This document shows, one piece after another, positions 1 to 7,614 of a stretch of DNA of 41,334 nucleotides. The notes beneath the pieces were generated by a model. It worked only from the letters and a program-made list of their open reading frames with translations, did no database searches and had not been told where the DNA came from. Each line of letters starts with the position of its first letter. Position 1 is the stretch's first letter. The DNA is taken from assembly GCA_964349165.1 (NCBI GenBank), contig CAYGFL010000001.1:1-41334 (forward strand), in the 5' to 3' direction. Made by a program: the position numbers and the translations under genes. Origin of the DNA: an uncultured Candidatus Saccharibacteria bacterium (GTDB taxonomy: Bacteria > Patescibacteriota > Minisyncoccia > Phycocordibacterales > PALSA-1337).

Positions 1-160
1 CCGGAGAAGTTCCTATCGGGACTATTCCGTTTGCACAGTCATTGTCATCAGGACAACCCTCGCGCCCGATTCGTAAGCGCATCACTCGGCAGGCGCTTCT
101 CAGAAAATCTCGAGAAATCAAATGGCGTGGACCAAAAAAGTGAAAGGAGTCGAACCAATG

Positions 161-205
161 CCCGCACAGTCAGAGAAGATCTGGCACGATGCGGGTTTTC
201 TTTTT
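161..205 (+). terminator. Putative intrinsic terminator ending a stop-codon-free GC-rich segment at the window start
   Basis: Outer stem cccgca (161-166) / tgcggg (190-195) with inner stem caga/tctg, followed by TTTTCTTTTT (196-205). Confidence 0.4.
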
Positions 206-321
206 GTGCGCCCTCAAGGTCTTGGAATATGTAGTGTGACACATGGACTTGGATAGTGTTTGCATTTGAAAATACTTTTCCCGCTGTATATGGCGCAGAT
301 TTTAAAGGTAAATTTTCATAG

Positions 322-348
322 AAAAACCCCGAGGACGAGTCCCCGAGG
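322..348 (-). terminator. Intrinsic terminator downstream of rnc
   Basis: Minus-strand hairpin ccucgggga-cucg-uccucgggg (9 bp including 2 G:U, tetraloop) followed by UUUUU, about 18 nt after the rnc stop codon. Confidence 0.55.
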
Positions 349-365
349 TGTGTGATTGAATTTGG

Positions 366-1049
366 TTAGAATAAAGCCAAGGCTTTTCTAGCCGCGTCAG
401 TCTCAGCATCCTGCTTCGATGTTCCGGTACCTTGTGCAAGAAGTTCTGTGTTGAAATAGACTCCCAGAGTGTACCTTTTGTCATGGTCGGGACCTTCTTC
501 GGCAAGGACGAGATAGGATGGAGCAACTTTGTGTTTCTTTTGCATAACATCCTGCAGTCTGCATTTAGCAGAAAGGAATTCGATCGTTTCGAGCTTTCCT
601 TTGTATTCTGATAAGAGAACGCGATGGACGAATTCTTCGGCTATCGTATACCCACGATCAACATACAAAGCACCAAGTATGGCTTCAAAAGTATCTGCCA
701 GAATAACATCTCGTGCCCGAGACTTTATATCTTTCTTCTCACCTTTTGAAAGAAGCAAGAAAAGTTCGATACCGAGCTTGCGGGCAACCTTGGCCGCCAC
801 TTCGCCGCCCACGATAAGGCTGCGTTTGGCCGTTAATACTCCTTCATCGTCATCTGGGAATGTCGTGAATAAGTATTTGCTTACGATAAGTTCGAGGACC
901 GCGTCACCGAGATACTCGAGTCGTTCGTTGTGTTTAAGTCCGCATCCACAATGTTCGTTGATATACGAACGGTGGGTGAGAGCTTGGCTTAAAAGAGTCT
1001 TGTCCCTGAAGACAACACCGAGTCTATTTTCAAGAATTGAGGTAGCCAT
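366..1049 (-). CDS. rnc: Ribonuclease III
   Basis: 227 aa. RNase III signature LTHRSY...ERLEYLGDAVLELIVSKYLF. C-terminal dsRBD-like segment KRYTLGVYF...GTGTSKQDAETDAARKAL. Confidence 0.93.
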   Translation of the reverse strand: MATSILENRLGVVFRDKTLLSQALTHRSYINEHCGCGLKHNERLEYLGDAVLELIVSKYLFTTFPDDDEGVLTAKRSLIVGGEVAAKVARKLGIELFLLLSKGEKKDIKSRARDVILADTFEAILGALYVDRGYTIAEEFVHRVLLSEYKGKLETIEFLSAKCRLQDVMQKKHKVAPSYLVLAEEGPDHDKRYTLGVYFNTELLAQGTGTSKQDAETDAARKALALF

Positions 1050-1098
1050 ATCTGCACTTTTTCTACCATATCTGACCCCCCACTGTCAAAATTTATAG

Positions 1099-1127
1099 TT
1101 GACCTTCCTTGGTTCTTGCGGTATTCT
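1099..1127 (+). promoter_or_regulatory. Putative sigma-70 type promoter for the DEAH helicase gene
   Basis: TTGACC (1099-1104), 17-nt spacer, TATTCT (1122-1127), about 30 nt upstream of the ATG at 1158. Confidence 0.35.
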
Positions 1128-1157
1128 CTCAGTAGGTTTTTTTTGACCTTTGAATTT

Positions 1158-3287
1158 ATGAACGACCTACCAATACTAGGGGCGGAAGCCCAAATCATGG
1201 GGCTTTTGGCCTCACACTCTGTAATCATCGTATGTGGTGAACCAGGGTCAGGCAAAACAACCCAACTCCCTCTAATGCTGTACCGTCAAAAGTTGGCATT
1301 ACATGGGTATATTGGGATTACACAACCGCGAAGGCTTGCGGCCGTTTCGGTGGCCAAATACGTCGCGGGACAACTAGGGTGCGAAGTGGGTCATACGGTT
1401 GGATACAAAATTCGCTTCGACAGAAATGTTGGGGATGAAACGCGAATCCAATTTATGACCACAGGCATTCTCCTCCGGGAACTTGCGCGAGATCCGTTAC
1501 TTAAGCACTACAAGGTAATTATTGTTGACGAAGCCCATGAACAGCAGATTGAGATTGATTTACTTCTTGGACTTCTCCGCGAAGTTCTGAAGAAGCGTGC
1601 TGATCTCAAGTTGATTGTGGCTTCGGCGACGATGGATACTGACAAGTTCTCCACGTACTTCGGCAAGGCGCCGGTGGTGAATGTCGACGGTCGGACTTTT
1701 CCGATCGAGGTGGAATACCTACAAAAATCACCTGCGGGATATTACGAACTCCTCCAGCAGATCGCCACGAAGGTTCATCATGTTCATCACATGGGTCCTG
1801 AAGGTGACATTCTTATCTTCATGTCTTGCAAAGAGGACATTTACGATTTGATCGAGGAGATTGAAAAATTTCGTATCGACAACCTCCTTGTCCTGCCGCT
1901 TTATGGGGGTATCCAGCCTCAGGAGCAGGAGAAAATCTTTGCTCCGGCTGTGGGAATACGAAAGGTGATCGTGGCGACCAACATTGCCGAGACGTCGCTT
2001 ACCATTCCTGGTGTGACGTGCGTCATCGACAGCGGCCTTGTTAAAGAAAGTCGTTTCGATGTCGAAATTGGCATTGAAAGTTTGGAAGTAATTAAGCATT
2101 CTCAAGCTGGCTGTAATCAGCGGAAGGGAAGAGCTGGGCGCGTCGCGCCCGGCATTTGCTACCGGATGTACAGCGAGAAAGAATTTGCAAAGCGGCCGAA
2201 GTTTACTTCGCCGGAAATGCAGAGGAAAAATCTCGATCCTGTCGTGTTGTATATGGAGACACGGGGACTTCCGAATGTGAATACGTTTGATTTCATCAAC
2301 AAACCGAGCGACCGTGCAGTTAATGATGCGTACCAATCCCTCGGCATCCTGGGCGCTCTGAACGTGATGAATCGTCGTCCTACAATACTTGGTCATAAAA
2401 TGTCCGAGCTTCCACTTCAACCTTATCTAGCACGGCTCGTCTGTGAAAGTGTGGAATATGGTTGTGTGGTCAATATGACCATCATCGCATCCTTTTTGTC
2501 AGCACAAAACATTTTCCTCCGTCCGCGAGGACGCGAAGATGAAGCCGATATGCATCACGCCATCCTTTCCCACCCGGAATCCGATCCCCTCACATTTCTG
2601 AAGATCTGGAGTCTGTATATGGAAAAAGGATGTGACAGGGAATGGTGTAAGGAGTATTTTCTGGACTGGCGTGCACTTGAGGACGTTAAATCCATTGTTG
2701 AGCAGCTATCAGTCCTTCTTCAGAAGAAAAATATTCTGCTAACAAATAACGACAATCCAGCCGTCTTGATGCGCTGCATTGTGTCCGCCTGCACCTACAA
2801 TATTATGGAACGGGTCAAAAGCTCGAACCATTACTCGGGATTATTTAATGCGACGAAGAAGGTGGAAATTCATCCCAATTCTCCGCTCGCAAAGAAAAAG
2901 CCCCGGTTCCTCATCGCCTCGTTCGTGCTCGAAACCTCCCGCGTATATATACATCATTGTACGCAGGTGAAAATCGAATGGCTCCCGGTCATTCTGCCTC
3001 AGCTATTCAAGTGCGGGAAACCAGTTTTGACGTCGTATAAGATTGGCGACAATCATGCGATGGGGGAACAGGAAGTTCTGTATAAAGGGGAAGTGGTTGG
3101 CAAGCGGCCGGTCCGTATCGTGCTCGATGTTGCGAAGCAACTCAATGAAGAGCAAAAGGTTCTTGATTTCGAGAAAGGTACTACGGTAGCTCCGCAACCC
3201 GCGGAGAAGCCGGAACCTGTTCCTGATGTCGTGGATCTTGCAACCTTCGTGGCTAACGCCTGGGGCGCCAAAGTCATTCAAAAATAA
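1158..3287 (+). CDS. DEAH-box ATP-dependent (RNA) helicase, HrpA/HrpB-like
   Basis: Walker A GEPGSGKTTQLP, motif II DEAHE, SAT (IVASATMD), motif VI QRKGRAGR, long HA2/OB-like C-terminal part. The ATG at 1158 is preferred over the TTG at 1116 because the predicted promoter overlaps 1116. Confidence 0.85.
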   Translation: MNDLPILGAEAQIMGLLASHSVIIVCGEPGSGKTTQLPLMLYRQKLALHGYIGITQPRRLAAVSVAKYVAGQLGCEVGHTVGYKIRFDRNVGDETRIQFMTTGILLRELARDPLLKHYKVIIVDEAHEQQIEIDLLLGLLREVLKKRADLKLIVASATMDTDKFSTYFGKAPVVNVDGRTFPIEVEYLQKSPAGYYELLQQIATKVHHVHHMGPEGDILIFMSCKEDIYDLIEEIEKFRIDNLLVLPLYGGIQPQEQEKIFAPAVGIRKVIVATNIAETSLTIPGVTCVIDSGLVKESRFDVEIGIESLEVIKHSQAGCNQRKGRAGRVAPGICYRMYSEKEFAKRPKFTSPEMQRKNLDPVVLYMETRGLPNVNTFDFINKPSDRAVNDAYQSLGILGALNVMNRRPTILGHKMSELPLQPYLARLVCESVEYGCVVNMTIIASFLSAQNIFLRPRGREDEADMHHAILSHPESDPLTFLKIWSLYMEKGCDREWCKEYFLDWRALEDVKSIVEQLSVLLQKKNILLTNNDNPAVLMRCIVSACTYNIMERVKSSNHYSGLFNATKKVEIHPNSPLAKKKPRFLIASFVLETSRVYIHHCTQVKIEWLPVILPQLFKCGKPVLTSYKIGDNHAMGEQEVLYKGEVVGKRPVRIVLDVAKQLNEEQKVLDFEKGTTVAPQPAEKPEPVPDVVDLATFVANAWGAKVIQK

Positions 3288-3337
3288 TTGTTCCATTTTT
3301 TCGCAAGGGGGCTCTGCAGAGGGCCTCTTTTTTGCAT

Positions 3338-3373
3338 AAAAAAACCGGATGGCCACAAGGGCATTCCGGTTTT
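3338..3373. terminator. Bidirectional intrinsic terminator between convergent helicase and sigma genes
   Basis: aaaaaaaccgga-[15 nt]-tccggtttt: stem ccgga/tccgg flanked by an A-run and a T-run, lying between the stop at 3287 (+) and the stop at 3405 (-). Confidence 0.5.
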
Positions 3374-3404
3374 GAAGAATCTAAATTACAGGTAGCGGAA
3401 TCAA

Positions 3405-5345
3405 TTAAGTTTCCACACCTTCGATTTTTTCGCCTTCGGAGTTAATCCGATAGCACGCACGAATTTTTTCAATGTCAGCTTGAATCTCTTCCTTTTGTAA
3501 AAGGACGGACTCGACTCGATTGAACCCTTTCATGGCCATTGCTGGTTTCCGTAAGAGGATTTCACCAACATCAAACCACGATAGGCCACCATCAATTCGT
3601 AGAAGATACATGGCAACGTGCCGTGCCCACACTACCGATGCGTGGTTATGATCTCCTATGAGCAGGTCCGTCGCAAATCCGTAGGCATAGGCGACGGAAT
3701 TCAGGATCTTGTTTAGGAGTTCCAGATCAAGAGGCCTCAAATTTGATCTGGCGAATTCAGGCATTTGTTTTGGCGCCTTATCCAATTTGGTTTCTTCACC
3801 GACGAGATTCTCAAGTTCTCGAATGCGTTGGAGAAGCGTAGGAAGGGTATCGATGGTGAGATCGAAGCCGATCACGTGAAGATTTTGCCAGATCTTGGTA
3901 TTGATCTGACGAATCCGTTCGCGTGTTACGCCTACCGCTTCGCCAAGATCTTGCAATACGAGACCCTCTGGTCCAGTAAGTTCGTTGTAAGCAAGAAATG
4001 CCTGTTTGTCCCGGTCGGAAACATCAAGACCTCGAACGGCGGCGATGAGGACACGAACTTTCTCACTCTCATCATCCAGAATTTCCTGAGCTTCATGCAT
4101 GGAGGATGGGGAGAGGAAGGAATCGCTAGATAATGAGTTCAGGAGTGTTACGTCCTCTCCCTCGCTATTCGCGAATACGACATCCTCGAGAGACGTCGTT
4201 GGGATCTGAAGGCGTTTGAACACCCTTGTCACTTGTTCGACACTCTCGTCGCATTTGGCCGCAATTTCTTCGACGGTTGGTTCCCTGCGGAGCTCGTGAG
4301 CCAGTTCTGCGGCTGTTCCCATTACCTTGTATCGCAACTCCTGGATGTGAACCGGGAATCGAATCAAGTCGTTGTAGGCGATAGCCCGGCCCATGGCCTG
4401 ACGTATCCACCATGTGGCATAAGTGGAAAACTTATTCCCCTTACTCCACTCAAACTTTTCCGCAGCCCGCATGAGGCCAATATTACCCTCCTGAACCAGA
4501 TCATCAAATTCCATCCCCCGAACCCGGCTTTTTTCTCGACGGTGATATTTGGAGGCGATTTTGAGGACCAAGCGAAGGTTGTGAGCGATGAGCTTTTTGT
4601 AGGCCCTGGCATCGTTCTGGTCGATTAGCTTGGCAAGCTCGACTTCTTCTTCTCGGGAGAGAATACGATGCTGGCTCGCAGCCTGGTAGAAAGATCGGGA
4701 GTTGTCACCGGGTTTGGTGCCAGTGAATTCCTCCAATTCCTCCGAAAGCGATGGGTCGCCAACGGATTCATTTTCATCTTCCGCCTCAGGATCTTCTCCA
4801 TCGATTTCATCGATCTCGTCCTCGAGGTCGGCTTCGGGCAAAATTTCTTTCACCCTCGGTATTTCATTCAAGAAATCTTCAGTTTCCGAAAATTCATCAT
4901 TCTCGGTCTTCCTGAATCTTGATTGAAACATTATGGTGCTTGCCTCGCGTCTTTCGTCACGATTCATCGGAATATGCTTACCCTTGTTTGCCTTTGAAGG
5001 CTTGGGTACTGCGTCCGCTACATTTCCTTTTTCAGGAGGTTGAGTTTCGCCTGCATCTTCGACCTTGTGCACATGCGTATGCGTGTGCATATGATTTACA
5101 GTCAAGTTGATCTCGACCTTAACCCTGATGGTCGCCAGAATTTTTGCGAGTTTCTGGAACGATTTGGAAAACTTTGTCCTATCCTTCGAGAGCGAAGGAG
5201 GGAACAAGGCTGATATCTCCTGAGGAGTGATCGTGCCTCTTTTGGAGGCTTCGTGGAGAGCGAGTCGGGCTTCTGGCCTAAGTTCGCAATCCCTGATAAC
5301 TTCGTCGCTTAAAAACGGCGAGATTACCTCATCTGGTATGTTCAT
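3405..5345 (-). CDS. Primary-like sigma-70 factor (regions 1.1, 1.2, 2, 3, 4) with a C-terminal DnaA domain-IV-like extension
   Basis: 646 aa. Acidic linker [23 protein letters not shown]. Region 2: [12 protein letters not shown]...[16 protein letters not shown]...[18 protein letters not shown]. Region 3: [10 protein letters not shown]. Region 4.2: [22 protein letters not shown]. About 156 extra C-terminal aa follow. SD-like GAAGGA lies 6 nt upstream of the ATG. Confidence 0.85.
   Translation of the reverse strand: MNIPDEVISPFLSDEVIRDCELRPEARLALHEASKRGTITPQEISALFPPSLSKDRTKFSKSFQKLAKILATIRVKVEINLTVNHMHTHTHVHKVEDAGETQPPEKGNVADAVPKPSKANKGKHIPMNRDERREASTIMFQSRFRKTENDEFSETEDFLNEIPRVKEILPEADLEDEIDEIDGEDPEAEDENESVGDPSLSEELEEFTGTKPGDNSRSFYQAASQHRILSREEEVELAKLIDQNDARAYKKLIAHNLRLVLKIASKYHRREKSRVRGMEFDDLVQEGNIGLMRAAEKFEWSKGNKFSTYATWWIRQAMGRAIAYNDLIRFPVHIQELRYKVMGTAAELAHELRREPTVEEIAAKCDESVEQVTRVFKRLQIPTTSLEDVVFANSEGEDVTLLNSLSSDSFLSPSSMHEAQEILDDESEKVRVLIAAVRGLDVSDRDKQAFLAYNELTGPEGLVLQDLGEAVGVTRERIRQINTKIWQNLHVIGFDLTIDTLPTLLQRIRELENLVGEETKLDKAPKQMPEFARSNLRPLDLELLNKILNSVAYAYGFATDLLIGDHNHASVVWARHVAMYLLRIDGGLSWFDVGEILLRKPAMAMKGFNRVESVLLQKEEIQADIEKIRACYRINSEGEKIEGVET
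3450..3731 (-). other. DnaA C-terminal (domain IV, Bac_DnaA_C-like) helix-turn-helix domain encoded at the 3' end of the sigma gene
   Basis: [88 protein letters not shown] aligns by eye to E. coli DnaA [72 protein letters not shown]...IKEDF. The RDHTTV motif is not conserved. Confidence 0.6.
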
Positions 5346-5418
5346 AAGTATCCTTCGGGTAAATTGTGGGGGTCAAAATCCGAAAATACTATATAATATT
5401 AAATTTAAATAGTAAATA

Positions 5419-5447
5419 TTGACATCGCTGTAAAACATGACAATATA
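5419..5447 (+). promoter_or_regulatory. Putative promoter of helicase 1 in the AT-rich divergent intergenic region
   Basis: TTGACA (5419-5424), 17-nt spacer, AATATA/TATATC (5442-5449). Confidence 0.35.
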
Positions 5448-5477
5448 TCCTTAGATTTCGCAACTTTAAAACAAAAT

Positions 5478-7481
5478 ATGTACACTCTATACGATTACCA
5501 GGTCGAGTGCCTATCAGCGCTCGAAATGGCTCGCCTCGGGGGCGCAAAAGAGGCACTCATTGTGCTGGCGAGTGGTCTTGGAAAGACCATTGGTACAGCA
5601 TTTGACGTTACTCATTGGCTTCAGACACATGGTGGCAGGGTACTCTATCTTTGCCATCAAAATGAAATTCTCCATCAGTCACAAGGAAAATTTTCGGAGG
5701 TTCTACCTCCACAAACTTCCTACGGTTTCTATCATGGGTTTGAAAAAAGCTCTCAAAAAGTCGACTGCTTATTCGCTTCCTTCCAAACCATGGCCAGACG
5801 ACACGTGCTTTTTAAGCCTGATGAGTTTGACTATGTGGTGGTAGACGAAAGTCATAATTCGGAAGCAATTACCTACGGAAAAGTTCTCGATTATTTCAAA
5901 CCTAAATTCCTTTTGGGTCTCACTGCGACACCCGAACGGATAGACGGATTGGATATTCGAAAACGTTTTGGGCAGCCCGTGTATTATTTGCCTCTTGAGG
6001 AGGCTCTCGCCAGGAATCTTTTGACTCCGGTCGATTATCGCCTCATAAGCAATGAAATCACCTTCGAAAAGCTTAATGTGTTTAACAACCGCGAAGGGCT
6101 CAGCGTTGATGATATCGACGATGAACTCTTTGTTTGTAAGACTGATGTGGAAATTAATACAGCAATCGAAAAAGCCGCATCCGAACTTGCCGATCCTCGC
6201 ACGATGATCTTTGCAAATACCATAGCTCGGGCTGATGAGCTTGCTTTGAGTGTTCCTGGAAGTGTAGTGATACATTCCCAGGTTCGCAAGAAAGAACGCG
6301 ACGTACAGCTCGAACTATTTCGAACCGGACTCGTCAAAACCGCCATAGTAGTCGACTGTTTTAACGAAGGAGTCGATGTACCGGAAGCGAACTTGCTCGT
6401 TTTCCTTCGTTCTACCCTCTCCGCCCGAATCTTTTTCCAACAGTTGGGAAGGGGTCTACGGAAATGCGAAGGGAAAGATAAAGTCATTGTCCTCGATTTT
6501 GTCGGGAATTGCGACCGAATCCTCAAGGTGAAAGCCTTGTCCGATTTGGTTGAAAAGTCCCGCAAAAAGCTTGAAGAAAAGCTGGATAATATTCCACGGG
6601 TGACCTTCACTTTTGATAACAAGATTGGTGAAGTTATCGACCTTGTTAAGAAAGCAAAACCGCCGCGGATTGCCGATTGTCCAGAACTTGTCACTGAGTA
6701 CTCACCTCGCAACAGCCGTCCTGCCTCTGAAGCGTCTGTAAAGATGACTGGAAAGTTGTGGTGGAAATGTGCGAAATGTGGCTATGAGTACCTGCGAACA
6801 ATAAGGGAGAGGCATTTAGGGCATGGGTGCCAGAAATGCGCAGAGGCAGTCACCGAATATAACAACCTTGTGGTCATGTATCCTTACTTAACCCAAGAAT
6901 ATTCAAGCATAAATCCTGTTCCTGCTTCGCAAACCAGATGTGTGAGTAAGGAATTGGTTTTGTGGAGTTGTCGGGAATGTAAGTATGAGTGGAAGGGGAG
7001 ACCATATTCGCGGACGCAAAGGGGAGATAATTGTCCCCAATGTTCTCGACTAATTAGTTTCTATCGGGATAATTTTGCCTTCCATCACCCCGACCTTCTT
7101 GAAGAGTATTCTTACATCAATCGGATGGCGCCGGAGAAATTCAGTCGCCGCTCGAATGTCCTTCGATGGTGGATTTGTAAGACATGCAATTCGGGTTGGC
7201 AAGCTACAGCTCGCGCGCGAGCAGACGGCAAAGCCGGATGCCCAAATGGATGTTCCTCTGTTTCCGCAGAAAAACAGACCATCGTTCTCTCCGCTCCTCA
7301 TCTTGCTGGACAGTATTCAGCAAGTAATGCAAAGCCTATTGAGGCTATAACTCCAACTTCTGATGAAATAGTCAGATGGTTCTGCGAGGATTGCGGGAGA
7401 TATTGGAGAGCTTCAGCGCGACAGCGTATGAATGGTCTCCAGTGTCCACAGTGCCATCCCGTCGTACCAGCCGTACTTTAA
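5478..7481 (+). CDS. SF2 helicase (ResIII/DEAD-like core) with four C-terminal treble-clef zinc-ribbon repeats
   Basis: 667 aa. ASGLGKT (aa 31-37), VVDESH (121-126), LGLTATPER, VVDCFNEGVDVP (291-302), QQLGRGLR. C-terminal aa 401-660 hold 4 Cys4 units. Confidence 0.85.
   Translation: MYTLYDYQVECLSALEMARLGGAKEALIVLASGLGKTIGTAFDVTHWLQTHGGRVLYLCHQNEILHQSQGKFSEVLPPQTSYGFYHGFEKSSQKVDCLFASFQTMARRHVLFKPDEFDYVVVDESHNSEAITYGKVLDYFKPKFLLGLTATPERIDGLDIRKRFGQPVYYLPLEEALARNLLTPVDYRLISNEITFEKLNVFNNREGLSVDDIDDELFVCKTDVEINTAIEKAASELADPRTMIFANTIARADELALSVPGSVVIHSQVRKKERDVQLELFRTGLVKTAIVVDCFNEGVDVPEANLLVFLRSTLSARIFFQQLGRGLRKCEGKDKVIVLDFVGNCDRILKVKALSDLVEKSRKKLEEKLDNIPRVTFTFDNKIGEVIDLVKKAKPPRIADCPELVTEYSPRNSRPASEASVKMTGKLWWKCAKCGYEYLRTIRERHLGHGCQKCAEAVTEYNNLVVMYPYLTQEYSSINPVPASQTRCVSKELVLWSCRECKYEWKGRPYSRTQRGDNCPQCSRLISFYRDNFAFHHPDLLEEYSYINRMAPEKFSRRSNVLRWWICKTCNSGWQATARARADGKAGCPNGCSSVSAEKQTIVLSAPHLAGQYSASNAKPIEAITPTSDEIVRWFCEDCGRYWRASARQRMNGLQCPQCHPVVPAVL
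6678..7457 (+). repeat. Protein-level array of 4 zinc-ribbon units (DUF4379/PF14311-like) in helicase 1
   Basis: The four units are: LVTEYSPRNS...LWWKCAKCGYEY...GHGCQKCAE; LTQEYSSINP...VLWSCRECKYEW...GDNCPQCSR; LLEEYSYINR...LRWWICKTCNSGW...KAGCPNGCS; LAGQYSASNA...VRWFCEDCGRYW...GLQCPQCH. Confidence 0.7.
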
Positions 7482-7511
7482 TCATCGTGAGTGTCAATTT
7501 TCTACACAATT

Positions 7512-7544
7512 CCCGCGTTCTCACAAGGACGCGGGTTTTCTTTT
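7512..7544 (+). terminator. Intrinsic terminator between the two helicase paralogs
   Basis: cccgcgt-tctcacaagg-acgcggg (7-bp GC-rich stem) followed by TTTTCTTTT. Confidence 0.65.
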
Positions 7545-7614
7545 GACATAAGTATTGATTTATGCTAGAAGTAAGACAGATTTTTTCGGTGAACTTTAAC
7601 AAAAAGGAACCTCA

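Noticed and set aside
31-242. ORFs 31..234(+) and 48..242(-) at the window start.
   Set aside because: They mutually overlap on opposite strands in a GC-rich segment. Their translations look non-proteinaceous. The region is more consistent with structured RNA plus a terminator (reported as a finding instead).
1728-2420. Long antisense ORFs inside confidently assigned genes. Examples: 1728..2420(-) 230 aa, 6035..6712(-) 225 aa, 22139..22705(-) 188 aa, 28031..28522(-) 163 aa, 12973..13335(-).
   Set aside because: They lie entirely within, and antisense to, genes with strong family motifs. Their translations are low-complexity Ser/Arg/Leu-rich with no motifs. They are typical shadow ORFs.
5050-5095. 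His-rich tract HMHTHTHVH in the sigma N-terminal region, considered as a metal-binding module.
   Set aside because: It is a short low-complexity tract in a non-conserved linker, and nothing in the sequence distinguishes function from drift. It is noted only within the sigma finding.
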